Positions 51,563 to 64,000 of a stretch of 64,000 bases of DNA are shown in pieces (positions within the stretch are counted from its first letter, which is position 1; the number at the start of each line of letters is the position of its first letter). The notes below the pieces were generated by a model, which searched no databases, was not told the origin of the DNA, and was given only the letters and a program-made list of their open reading frames with translations. The stretch spans positions 184,760,001-184,824,000 of the forward strand of contig OZ024740.1 in NCBI GenBank assembly GCA_964016885.1. The letters run 5' to 3'. A program made the position numbers and the translations under genes. Origin of the DNA: Eledone cirrhosa (lineage: Eukaryota).

Positions 51563-53039
51563 GAGGGTGGAGATAGGCAAGTGTGCATGTATGCATATGA
51601 TTTTGTATGTGTTTTGCATTACAAAAGGAAGTAACAGAACTCGAAGTATAAAGCAGAACTTATTACAAAACTCCAGACCTTCAATATACTGTAGCCACTC
51701 ATATAATTCATACATACACACATGCTGTAAGAGCATGTATGTGTGCATGTATGTATATTATGTATACATGTACATATGTAAGTATATGTATATATATATA
51801 TATATATTGTATATATATATATATACACCATTATCGTTTAATGTCTATGTTCCATGTTAGCATGGGTTAGATGGGTTTGTCCCATTTGAGGCAAGTTTGG
51901 TTGGGTGACCATGTCTCGATCATATAGGACTGTTACTGGCTGGTTTTCTACGTCTGGATGCCCTTCCTAACACCTACCACATTTTACAGTGTGTGCTTGG
52001 TGCTTTTTGTTATGACTCCTACATGACCACTTTACAGTGTGGAGTAGGTGCTTCTCGTGACACCTACATGGCCACTTTATAATGTGAGCTGGATGTTTTG
52101 TGGTACCAACATAACTTTACAGAGTAAATAGATAAAACTCCCTATTAGGTATTACACTTTAACATGTAAACACATACACAAGTGTACACAACTATACATA
52201 CACTTGTGTCAACAGATTAACACATCTCATACACTGAAGAACCTTCACACACATCTGCACAATATAGCTTGCAGACAGACACATGTATGAAGAATTTAGC
52301 AGATATCATGCACACTTTCATGCAAAATTACACATTTTAGCTGGCATATGTTTACCCATCTACCTACCTACATACTTACAAACGTACACATACACACATA
52401 TTACATACATATATAATACGTAATGTTAGACAGACATACCTACATCCTTATATATATGTGCACGGATATTTGTGTGTGTAATTTGTACAACCATAATATA
52501 TCTTCCTTGAGATAGTTGCATATGTATATACATTTATATTCACAGTTACATACATATGCACAGTTACATACAGGCACGCATTAGGAAGGGCATTCAGCCA
52601 TAGAAATCTAGCCAGAAAGAGTCCTATCTCAGCAAGACATGGTCATCTGTCCCAGCTTGCCTCTAATAGGACAATCCGTCAAACCCATGCTAGCTTCGAA
52701 AATGGACACTAAACGATGATGATGATGAGGATGATGATATATACATGTATCTTATTGAATATAGAGGTTTGTATAACATAGTTTCAATCCTGGGTGAACT
52801 GTCGAAGATTAATATACTTCTCTATATATATAGTAGAGATGCTGTTATTGTCATGATCATCATTATAAAGACTGTTATTTCCACATCTTCTGCACAACCT
52901 CCCACACCACCTCAGTCACCACCACCACAACCACCACCTCCACCATTATCTCCACCAACTCCAATAACAATACTGGCACCACCAACAACTTCACAGCTGT
53001 GACTGTATTTTCACACATGGCTTTTGATGCTGCAATGCA

Positions 53040-53600
53040 TCATATCTTCATTCAATCCCATAGTACATGGTGGCTGCCAACTCGTTTTCGAGTACGGCCA
53101 CTACTTTATATCCATGTAGGAGAACCCCTACCGATGCGCTGAACGAGTGTGACTTTTTAGTCCAGCCAGCGACTTGAAAACTCTGGTACAAACATAACAC
53201 TTGCGACAATTATTGGACACATAGTGCTGGGCCCATGGTACCATGTGACGACAAGTGCAGAGAGATCTCCAGATATAAAGCAATGCCTGTGCCGTGAAGC
53301 TTTTATAGTGAGCAAAGGCACTGCACAAAGCCAGTCCCACTCTCTTAACTAAGATGATATTTACCAAAAAGAAGAACAAGTCAACATCATTGGATACCAT
53401 CAGGGTTGCAGGTATTATATCAGAGTTTACCTTCTCCTAGAATTCTGCCTTGACAAAGGCTATGGGGTCATCTCTCCCGGTGATTTTGGATGGCCATTGA
53501 CTCTTAAGAGCTCCTTTGCCCTTTGATAGGTTTTTGTTTTTAGTCCTGCAGGATGTCCAAAGTCACCCTCCTCACCAATAAACCTTGGTGGGGTTGCACA
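53040..53600 (-). mobile_element. RTE/BovB-like LINE or derived SINE 3' fragments
   Basis: Terminal C2H2-like CYVCTRVFKSLAGLKSHTRSAH motif, typical of RTE ORF C-termini. Confidence 0.5.
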
Positions 53601-54022
53601 TACATACATACCTACATATATACATACATACCTACATATATACATATATACTTACATACCTACATACACACATACATACCTACATATATACATACATACC
53701 TACATATATACATACATACACACATACATACCTACATACACACATACCTACATACCTACATATACATACATACACACATACCTACATATATACATACACA
53801 CATACATACTTACATATATACATACATACCTACACATACCTACATACATACACATAACTACATATATACATAAATACCTACATACACACCTACATATATA
53901 CATACCTACCTACACACATACATACATACACAGACAAAAAGGTGCAAACTGTTTAAATTCCAGTTCACCCACACCACCTCAACCCACCCCCATCACCCCC
54001 ATTCCAGACCTCCAATAACATT

Positions 54023-54410
54023 TCAATATTTCAACTTCTCTTTGGAGGTGGAAGGTTGCTCCAGCTCAGTCTCATAATCTATTGTCACTTTTGGACGTCT
54101 TTTTGACATTTTCTTTGTTTTTCCTTTGTGATGTTCTGCTGATAACAATGATGGTGCTTGCTTCCGCTTTTTATCTTTCCCGCCCGTCGTTGCTAACGTC
54201 AACCCTGGTACCTTGTTGTCATTGACGACATCACTGCTAGAGTTGTAATCACTCAACCGAAGATCATCAAGATCTTCAATGTCACTCTCTTCAAATTCAT
54301 TGTAAGGAACATACTCCACATAACCAGAGGTACTCGCATCACCTTTCTCTTTCTCCATCTCCTCTTCTACCTCCTTTGCAATCCGCCCACGCTGTCCTTC
54401 CTCCCCATAG
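54023..54410 (-). pseudogene. MAK16: MAK16-like C-terminal coding fragment (retro/duplicated fragment or isolated last exon)
   Basis: ~128 uninterrupted codons with VEYV...FEESDIEDLDD and KRRPKVTIDYETELE, matching from memory the MAK16 motifs EFVED..DESDISDFED and KRAYVEIEYEQE. Begins abruptly at a (TACA)n repeat with no polypyrimidine acceptor. Confidence 0.6.
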
Positions 54411-54497
54411 TACATACATACATACATACATAAATTACACGTCCGTATATATACAAACACAAATATACAAACTTATATATATATATATACATGTAAG

Positions 54498-54564
<67 letters not shown>

Positions 54565-54883
54565 AGAAACACACAGATACATGCGGACACACACATATAC
54601 ATGAATATATCAATATATTGTTTATAACTCCCTCTGGTCGAGTAATCTTTGAAGTGTAGTGACTGCTGAAAAGCTGCCATTACTCATACTTCTCGCCCCT
54701 TAACCACCTCTTCTACGGCCTCGATATAAATACCCCCTCCGCCTCCGTGGTATTTTTTTCAGGGTTATAAGGGGCTTAGCTCTGTTTCTTGACCGTTGTA
54801 TCACGTGACTGACTCCCCCTCCGCCTTTTGGGATTCTATCTCACATCTTATAGACGTATTCTTGAGGCTAGTAAAATGAGGTA

Positions 54884-54973
54884 TCCTCTTGATAAGTCGG
54901 CAGACCTCACAAAAGCTCTATATCTCTATGATGTATTGTTTTTGATTATGCCACGAAACTACGTAGTCGAGGA
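54884..54973 (+). ncRNA. Type I hammerhead ribozyme, U3-A8 variant, second family
   Basis: TCCTC-TTGATAA-GTcGGCA...TGCCAC-GAAAC-TACGTA-GTC|GAGGA. Perfect stem I, palindromic stem III and a GUC site. Lies in a ~430-bp insert ending at (TA)n. Confidence 0.8.
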
Positions 54974-55039
54974 ATCTAGAAGCAGTTTAGGTATGATACA
55001 TCTTATTACTAATTATATCTAAATGTTTCTTCTCTCTTC

Positions 55040-55106
<67 letters not shown>

Positions 55107-55165
55107 CAAGGCTCTGACACCATCAACACCATAAACACAGAGCTGGCATATCTAAGAACTGACTA

Positions 55166-55225
55166 ACTCCCTGATGAGGTCTTATATAGCCATTGAATGG
55201 CTATCATCGAAATATATATAGCAGT
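55166..55225 (+). ncRNA. Type I hammerhead ribozyme related to 29585-29639
   Basis: ACTCC-CTGATGA-GGT..ATAGCCA-TTGAA-TGGCTAT-cATC-GAAA-TATATA-TA|GCAGT. Lies in a ~155-bp insert between two TA runs. Confidence 0.78.
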
Positions 55226-55255
55226 AAATAAAGGATTATGAGTTCATACAATTGA

Positions 55256-55313
<58 letters not shown>

Positions 55314-55439
55314 AAAGTTAAACAAGGTTCAATGAATAAATCAAAGAATGAGTATTACAATAGATTGGAAGCACTCAACAGTTTGGTTTTCCAGAGTTAT
55401 TAATAATAACTGCTTCTGTAGCAGTAAGAACAGCACTAG

Positions 55440-58085
55440 CTAATCTATTATTTAAGGCTTTAGATAATTCCTTCACTAGTCAACATAAATACGGTTCCAT
55501 ATTTAATAGACACACAGTTAAGCTTTCTTATTCTACAACTATGAGTATGGCCCAAAATATCGCTAAACTAAATAGTAGAATTCTAAACCAAAATCAGCAT
55601 AATGGTGTTAATAATAGTGTTAATATAAATAATAATAAATCGAAAGGTAATTGTAGAAATAAACCAGATTACCCTCTGCAAAATAATTGTCCGGATAGAA
55701 ATTTGGTGTATAAATGCACCGTAAAAACAAATAACAACACATACAACTACATAGGGGCAACTTCTTCGACATTTAAATCGAGATTTGCCAATCACAAATG
55801 CTCGTTTTCGAATTCTAATAGGAAGTCTTCGACTTCTTTATCACAACTTATATGGTCATTAAAAGACAAAAATTTAAAATACTCGATTTTTTGGACGAAG
55901 CTTTGTAATAGTAGAATGTACTCGAACTCGTCTATATAAACTAACTGCAACCTCTGCACAAAGGATACCCTATTAATAATTAATAATTATGAAAACTTAA
56001 TTAACAAAAAAAGTGAATTATTCTCAAATTGCCTTCATAAAGCTTTGTCTACATTCCAAGCCTCGCAAAAAGTCAGGAAAAAACACTAAACAAACAGGTT
56101 TTAATTTTTGACGTCTCTTATCAACCGTTGGAAATAAAACGTTATAACAGCTTATAAAACTTTAATAATACTTTATTTTCTAATCATTTATGATAGAATT
56201 AATGTTAGAATAAAGGATTCTATTTAGGTATATAAACATATTATTTTTTAACTTGTTCTTTTGATAAATATGCACACCTTTGGATTATTTTAGATATTTA
56301 TAATTTAGATTCGGATCTTTATATATTTATATATTTGTCTCTGTTTGAAATATATAATTTGGATATTTAACTTGTAAGATTATCGGTTATAATTGAACCG
56401 TAGATCATTCATGCATTTATATATTTTACTCATTTTGGGTACGTTTTGGGACTCAGAAAGTTAGATTTGCACATATATATTTTATATATATATCTAGGTA
56501 TAAATATAACAAACCATACTAGTCAACAAATATTGGTCTCTCTTTCCACTGAACTGGAGCTAAAACTACAATTATAGCATTACTAATAATGATTGTAATT
56601 GTTTATTTATTATATTATATCGTTTCACTAATACCTATAATACTCTCTCTATATAGTTGTACAAATATGTTTATCTAGTGTAATAACATGCTCGTAGTTA
56701 CATTTATAAGTAATTTAGATACTCAAAGACTCTCTATTGTTATAAGTGTTAGATATTCCCTTGATGTTCGAAATTATATAATGATTATTACTTAATTTAA
56801 TTTAATTTACTTTATTTTAATTAAATTTAGATTACCTTCGGCTTTTTCAAATCTTTAGCTCCTCTTTCTATCACATTCGCTGGACATTTTAGAAGTATCT
56901 TTTGTCTACTATATAATAAAACCCTTGCATTTTAAACTATATTTTTAATATTGGGTATTTTTATGTTTCGCAAACAATTCATTTTTTTTCACTTTTTATT
57001 TTGTATCTAGCCCTTATCCTTAGGACTCATGTAGTTTTGATTTATATATTTATAGTATATATCTATTAAATGATCATTTTACAATAATTGATCTAAAACA
57101 TTAATTGTTTAACAATATTTTCAGTAACTTATTTACTATATTGTATTCTGATATGTATATTTGAAAGGTATCATCTTAAGTCTTTAGACAATATAATCTT
57201 GGTTATTTTTGATAAAAACATATATGTAATTTAAAATTCTGACCTCTTTAAGTTTAATTATAAGGCCTGTTGATCCTTTAGGCACTCAAATTGTTAATCA
57301 CAAATACTTTAAAAATTATAACTGTAATTATTTTCTAAGTTATATTATATAAACTTTTGTAAATATTATAAATAATTTTGGTAAAGTTTACCTTTGTGAG
57401 GTTGTAAAAACCTTATGTTTTCTTTCTTGCGGTTGTAAATCCTTTAAATTTGATTTCATAAAATTTGATTTTAGAAATTAAATTTGATAGTATACTTTAA
57501 TATTAATACAGATACCTATTAACTCTTAAAACCTAAAATATTATTCATTACTCTGAACTAACTTAAATTAAATATTTTGAATATTAACGGTCAACCAAAT
57601 AAGTTTAGATATATATTGTATATATAGATAATTGTCTAAAAACTTGAACAAAAGTTATTCCTCTTTGTATCTCTCTCTGTAATCAACTCTCTTTTGTTTT
57701 TCGAGGCCCCTACTAACTATATCATCCCATCAGCTGTTTCTTCCGCTATGCTTTCCTTTCTTTCCTCTTTCTTCAGTAATTTAAATTTTTTTAACTGTTA
57801 TATTGATGCCAAATATTTTTTAAGCTGTTTCACACGCACCCTCTCTATTGTATGTATTATATATTTTTCTCATGTTCTCAATATTAAGGTATATAAATAT
57901 TGAGTTTTGTCACATATTACTCACTACCATGACTGAATCTTAACCATCTACTATGTCAGGGTATGTCATGCATCATCTTATTTTATCTGATGAGGACGTA
58001 CTGTTGAAGTTAACTCAGTACCTCTGCAATATGTATAATAAAATATACTTGACCACAAGAATATCTATTTTGTTAATATTTTGAA
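55440..58085 (+). mobile_element. 5'-truncated PLE: GIY-YIG remnant, ~1.9-kb AT-rich 3' region and terminal hammerhead
   Basis: HKYGSIFNRHTVKLSYSTT..NCRNKPDYPL..LVYKCTV..YIGATSSTFKSRFANHKCSF at 55440-56090. Ends at (TA)n. Continuity of the 3' region is inferred. Confidence 0.75.
57979..58045 (+). ncRNA. Hammerhead motif with mutated GAAA
   Basis: TATTTTAT-CTGATGA-..GTACTG..CAGTAC..-GCAA-TATGTA-TA|ATAAAATA. Perfect 8-bp stem I. Confidence 0.65.
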
Positions 58086-58087
<2 letters not shown>

Positions 58088-58181
<94 letters not shown>

Positions 58182-58235
58182 TATATATATATATTTATAT
58201 ATATATATTTATATATATATATATTTATATATATA

Positions 58236-58310
<75 letters not shown>
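58088..58310. repeat. Long (TA)n microsatellite
   Basis: ~220 bp of TA with TTTA interruptions. Confidence 0.95.
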
Positions 58311-58311
<1 letters not shown>

Positions 58312-60165
58312 ACTTTGAATAACTTTGAAATGTTTTGGCCAGTATTGGCCCAGGCCATGTCTAACTTAATAGCACCACCTGGCGAAGTCTTTCAATTCAG
58401 GATTTGGGCACCATGGCCCATTCGAGAAGAGAATTACTGTTTGCGGAGACATATCCGGGTGTGGGTGGTTTGTCCGGGATTACTTGGAGGAATTTGTCCA
58501 AAGACTTCTTGAATTTTGTGTGGTCAGTTTCTGTTTTGACGTGTCCTGGTGTGATGTTGAAGAGAGCAGGGCCGATTGAGGTGAAATAATTGTGCCGTAT
58601 TGTTGTTATGAGTTGCGAGTTAGATTTTTGAATGGGACGGATTGCACGGGGCCCAAGCCTTGGGTGTATCTTGAAGGCGATGCCAACATCATTTGGGCAG
58701 TGATGATGGAACATTTTCCACATCATGCAGATAATATAACGCTCACGGCGACGTTGGAGTGAGTAAAGTTGCAGGTTTTCTAATCGACCCCAGTAGTCAA
58801 GGTCTGACATGCCATCTATCTTTTTCGTGATTGCCCTTTGAGGAGCTTCAAGTTTCATGATACTTTGTTTCGTGTGGGGAGACCACAGTGGACAACAGTA
58901 TTCAAGGTGTGGTCGGGCAAAAGTAGAGAAGAGAAGGATAATGGTGCGGGAATCTCTCGACTGGAAGGTTCTGAGGATCCAGGAACACATTCTGCGGGCC
59001 ATGTCAACCTTGCTGCTTATATGCGTGGTCCAGCTTATGTTGCTGTCCACGGTTACTCCCAAGTCTCTGATGTTGTTAGATGCCACGAGAGTTTCCCCGG
59101 AGGGAAGGGAGTACGGGAGTTTCAGAGCATCCTCTTTTCCAAAGTGGATCAGTTCGAATTTGTCTTCGTTCAGTAACATGTTGTTCTTTTCTGCCCATTG
59201 GGTAACAGCCAGTAGGTCTGACTGAAGGCTTATCCGGTCATCCACGCCATTGATGACCTTTTGGAGCTTGGAATCATCAGCGAAAATTTTAATGTTGCTG
59301 TGTTTGATGATGTCAGTGATGTCATTAATATAGATGATGAAGAGAAGTGGGCCCAACACAGTGCCTTGTGGGACCCCACTACTGACTTTGGCTGGGCTGG
59401 ATTTGACTCCCTCAACTACAACATGTTGGGTTCTGTTTGACAGGAAGCTCTTGATCCACTGCAGCAGCTTTCCAGTGACACCAATATTGGACAGCTTTCT
59501 CAGTAGAATGTTATGATCAACCCTGTCAAAGGCCTTGCTGAAATCAAGGTAGATAACATCAGTGTTGGAACCCTCTCCCAAGGCTCTCAAAATGTCATCA
59601 AAGTGATGCAGTAGCTGCGTCAGGCAATCCCTTCCATTACGGAATCCATGCTGGTTGGAGTTCAGCATATTGTTACTCTCAAGGAAGTGGGTCATTCGCG
59701 ATCTCACCACTCTCTCAAATACCTTAATGATATGAGAGGTGAGTGAGATTGGACGGTAATTCACGGCAAGGGATTTGTTTCCCTTTTTGAAAACTGGGAC
59801 AACAGACTGGGATAGAAGGTTTTCTGGCACATATCCAGCATCCAGTGAGTTCCGCCACAGATTGGCAAGAGGAGATGCAAGTTGGTGTTGACACGCCTTC
59901 AAGACACAAGCAGGGAACCTATCGGGACCTACTGCTGAATTATGCTTGATTTCCTTTATTGCCGCCAAGACATCAGAGGCGCCAAACGTTATGTCCGATA
60001 AGGTGTAATGGGGAGTAACATCGCCGATACAGCCCAGATCGGCCATATCAGGATTGCTGAAAACAGAGCAGTATTGTTTCTGCAGTATCTCACCCATGGT
60101 TTTAGCATTGTCTTGAAGAGTGCCATTTTCATCAATTAGAGGGCCAACAGTAGAGCCAGTGATTT
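58311..60165 (-). mobile_element. Young 5'-truncated CR1-group LINE
   Basis: Open RT frame, short 3' UTR and a (TTCAAAGTTA)2 tail abutting (TA)n. Confidence 0.9.
58397..60165 (-). CDS. LINE ORF2 reverse transcriptase, N-terminally truncated, no stops
   Basis: [50 protein letters not shown] and [10 protein letters not shown]. The first ~42 aa of ORF 58397-60292 come from the antisense of the adjacent PLE. Confidence 0.85.
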
Positions 60166-61290
60166 TGTGTTCGACATCCACCACAAACCGTGCCAGAAAG
60201 AACAGAGGACACCACACCCGAGGCACTAACACTTGCTTCCTGAAGCTCCCACACTTCAGTGAAGAAACAACAACAGCCATCCGCAGAGCCATCAGACGAG
60301 AAGGTCTGGATATTCAACTGGCCCATTCGGGTCCTTCTTTGCGTGGACGGCTAGCTAAGAGACACTCCACCAGACATGACAACTGCTGCAGACTAGCCAA
60401 CTGCCCCATCAACGACACAGACCTATACCACCAGGCTTACGTAGTTTACAGACTAGAGTGTGACAAATGCAACAACTTCTACGTAGGTAGCACCACCAGA
60501 CCACTCCACATAAGAATAAAAGAACACCTCAATACTAACGCTTCCTCATTTAAGAAACACCTAGTTAAATGCAAAAACACTGATAAAAACATAACAGTTA
60601 GGATAGAAACTAAGGAAAGAAACCTCGGCAATCTTAGAATCAAGGAAGCACTCATTATAGATAGAACACATCCACCAATCAATAATAGACTAGAGCTCAA
60701 CACCCAATTTATAACCTGATAGGGCCTCTAGCCCCACTTTACACACCCCACACACACGCACGCGCACACCTCCACTTATTCTCTCTCACACATACACACA
60801 CAAAACCAGTTCTAACACCAGATAACACCTACCCCCCACTTTTACGATTAGACCTATCTTCCCACACTCACACACACACACCCACATACCTACACCTTCA
60901 TGCTTTCTCCCACACACATATACAGGCACGCATATAAAATTTAAAAAAACACAACAAAAACATAAACAAACCCCTCTTAAAGGGAGACTACTCTTTACCC
61001 ACCTAATTTTAATTCTTTGATATTAAAGTTAGAACTCTATACTATTTCCGGTCAGCATGGCTTCATTGGAAATTTAAGACGCTGGTCTGAGACTTTTACT
61101 TCCCTCCGAAGAAGAGATATTATCTCGAAAATTAAGGACATTTAAATAAATTCAAGGTGAAAGACGAATTCTCATCAATATCTCTCACTATTGCATTCTT
61201 TTTTCTATGTCCATATCTGCATTGTCTTGGCCTTATTACACATATTCTAACGTTTATACCTCATTACACAATGCTTCAAGTGAACTATAA
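60166..61290 (+). mobile_element. 5'-truncated PLE of a different clade (CxxC-type GIY-YIG) with 3' hammerhead
   Basis: LKLPHFSE..VVYRLECDKCNNFYVGSTTRPLHIRIKEH..HL..C..IKEALII..PPINNR, stop at 60719. Ends at (TA)n. Confidence 0.85.
61103..61137 (+). ncRNA. Minimal hammerhead motif (U4C)
   Basis: CCT-CCGAAGA-aGAGAT-ATT-ATCTC-GAAA-AT-TA|AGG. Confidence 0.55.
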
Positions 61291-61413
61291 CCTCCTCCAT
61301 TTATATATATATATTTATATATATTTATATATATATATTTATATATATATATATTTATATATATTTATATATATATATTTATATATATATATTTATATAT
61401 ATTTATATATATA

Positions 61414-61482
<69 letters not shown>

Positions 61483-61490
61483 ATATATAT

Positions 61491-62069
61491 ATAAAATATT
61501 AAAAAAATAATGAATAAAACAATGAAACAGTTCCTTATATTAAACAAAAAAAGTTCATTATTTAACGATCGTTTCTAGGATATATATGTGTTAGAATTGG
61601 CATGCATATTCAACAGATCTATGTACAAAATTATACAAAATTATACAAACTATCAAAATTAAATATACATACCAACACATATATATGCCGTCTTCAGAAA
61701 TAATCTTCAGAAATAATCTTCATTATTTCTGAAGACGGCATATATATGTGTTGGTATGTATATTTAATTTTGATAGTTTGTATAATTTTGTATAATTTTG
61801 TACATAGATCTGTTGAATATGCATGCCAATTCTAACACATATATATCCTAGAAACGATCGTTAAATAATGAACTTTTTTTGTTTAATATAAGGAACTGTT
61901 TCATTGTTTTATTCATCATTTTTTAAATATTTTATCTTGACTCTGTATTCCGTTTATCTTTCACCGAAAGTGATTTTTCATTGCATCTCTTCTTTCCATG
62001 ATATCCGGATTACATTGAGTTCTTCATACGGATTGGACACTACCGTAAACTCTTGGTAGATTTATCTAC

Positions 62070-62070
<1 letters not shown>
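61491..62070. mobile_element. Second copy of the hammerhead hairpin element, opposite orientation
   Basis: Arms 61491-61703 and 61723-61935. The right arm extends to 62070. Homologous to 28043-28580, with (TA)n on both sides. Confidence 0.88.
61719..61872 (+). ncRNA. Hammerhead ribozyme with long stem II (mirror copy on minus strand)
   Basis: TTCATTATTT-CTGAAGA-..-GAAAC-GATC-GTT|AAATAATGAA. 10-bp stem I. Confidence 0.72.
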
Positions 62071-62108
<38 letters not shown>

Positions 62109-62124
62109 TATATATATATATATT

Positions 62125-62178
<54 letters not shown>

Positions 62179-62187
62179 TACATATCT

Positions 62188-62478
62188 AGGCAGCAAATTG
62201 GCAGAGTCATTAGAACATCGGATAGAATGCTGTATAATATCCATTCCTGCTCTCTACTCTCTGAGCTCAAATCCCGCCGAGGTCAAGTTTGCCTCTCATC
62301 CTTTTGAGGTCGATAAAGAAAGTACCAGCCTAGTACTGGGGTCAATTATTCCTCTCTCCAGAAGAAATCTGCTGTACTCAGGCTTGGAGAGTCATGGGCT
62401 TCGCCAGGCTTAAAATGCCCCAAAACATTGTATGTCAATACTGCGCCCCTACGACTTTATCAGGAGTTACGGGACTAT
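62188..62478 (+). mobile_element. Meta-core SINE with 3' extension
   Basis: Homologous to 41805-42125. Confidence 0.7.
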
Positions 62479-63205
62479 AACATATATATGTTTGTGTGTG
62501 TGTTTATGTATATGTAAGGGATTGATTGAAAACTTCTTGTTACCCTGATGTTACTATAAAAATGCCTAAGTATCTGTGTTGGGCTAAATGGTGCTAACTC
62601 AAAACCATTCAATACGAGCGTCGGACTCCAGCAAGGGTAGTACTCTCACCTCTCCTGTTCATAATCTTCATTGACAGGATTGACATTCAAAACCAGGCTG
62701 AAAGTGGTATTGAGACTGGTGACATGGAAGTAATTAACTCATCAGAAAGTGATATCTGCTATGCAGATGTGCGACACTTATTTTCTTTTTTCTCTTTTCC
62801 CTTTATCTCATTTGCTCTTCTTCACTTCTCTTTCCAAAATATTCTCTATTCTCACTGTTTTTAATTTTTGATGAAGTACTAGTGTCCCAGACTCTAACTT
62901 CTCATAAGCCTTATATATGTATATATATAAGAGGGACATCCCCCCCAACTATATAAACCTCAATCTAGTTAGAAAAATATAAAAACAATCTCTTCTCAAC
63001 ATATATATGTATATTAATAACCTTAAATTACCACACTAATAATGGAAAGATATGCTGATGAGAATAGGTGCAAATATGCGATAATGAATGTGTCTAAAAG
63101 CGACCATAAGTATGTATATATATGTGAAAATGTATATAAATAAGTAAATATATATATATGTTTGATGTGTATAGTTAGATGTAAGTGTATTCATGTATTA
63201 ACGTG

Positions 63206-63321
<116 letters not shown>

Positions 63322-63840
63322 GACTGGAGTATGTATGTATATATGTGTGTGTCTATACGTGTGTATATAAAGATAAGTTGAGTATGAAAATGTATACACA
63401 TGAACGCGTATGTATGTACATGTATATATGTGTGTATATATATATGTATGCATGTGTATATGTATGTAAGTATGAGCATGTAAGTATGTGAATGTGAGTA
63501 TATGTATTTTGTAGAGGTGTGCATATATGTTTGTGTGTGAATGCGTGGGCGAAAGGATACGTACACTTGAAAGAAAAATTTAAGTCTGAATGTTAATTAA
63601 GTGCAAACACAAAACCAACCCCGCATATCTATACTATCTCTAATCCTTCTATAGATTTAGAAAAAATAACCAATAATATATTCTATAAAAATGTCAAAAC
63701 AACAGATGGGAATCTAATTACTCACTGCCACCAAAAATTCTCACTGCTATCAAAAAACCACCCCTCAACTATTCTTCTAACAACTTCACCCCTCCCTCCT
63801 AATATTCTCTATAAAAACCAAACAGGTCCTCAGTAAAATT

Positions 63841-63884
63841 ATTCCGATGAAATGACAGTTGATAATAACATTGAAATATTGAAT
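63841..63884 (+). ncRNA. Degenerate hammerhead-like motif
   Basis: ATTC-CGATGA-AATG..CATT-GAAA-TA-TT|GAAT. The core lacks one base. Confidence 0.35.
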
Positions 63885-64000
63885 GTCTGCATAACTAATA
63901 CTTTGTAGATAGCAGCTGTTTTCAGGTTATGTAACTGTTATAGAAACACGTGTCAATAAATTCCTTTTAACTAAACTGTATCCATTCAAATCTTTCTCTC

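Noticed and set aside
60166-60292. N-terminus of a 631-aa RT protein
   Set aside because: It is fortuitous read-through from the antisense of the adjacent PLE across the chimera junction.

Overview
AT-rich eukaryotic non-coding DNA. The SINE families and the (TA)n/(GA)n/(CA)n load suggest a cephalopod such as Octopus (inference). I cannot support an intact host gene. The only host-like coding piece is an isolated MAK16-like C-terminal fragment (54023-54410, minus strand). The window is a mosaic of Penelope-like retroelements (PLEs; RT plus C-terminal GIY-YIG), RTE, CR1 and CRE LINE fragments, tRNA-derived SINEs, TTAA MITEs, Helitron-like elements, minisatellites and microsatellites. Two features stand out. 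(1) About 15-20 type I hammerhead-ribozyme motifs from several families, including two families with the U3-A8 core variant and one family with a >100-nt stem II. (2) A recurring architecture in which inserts sit in (TA)n tracts with a retroelement 3' end facing outward on both sides, as fold-back palindromes or as a head-to-head CR1/PLE chimera, with reproducible arm end points and reiterated micro-repeats at the junctions. Coordinates were read by eye and may be off by a few bases. Most short ORFs in the supplied track are microsatellite artefacts.
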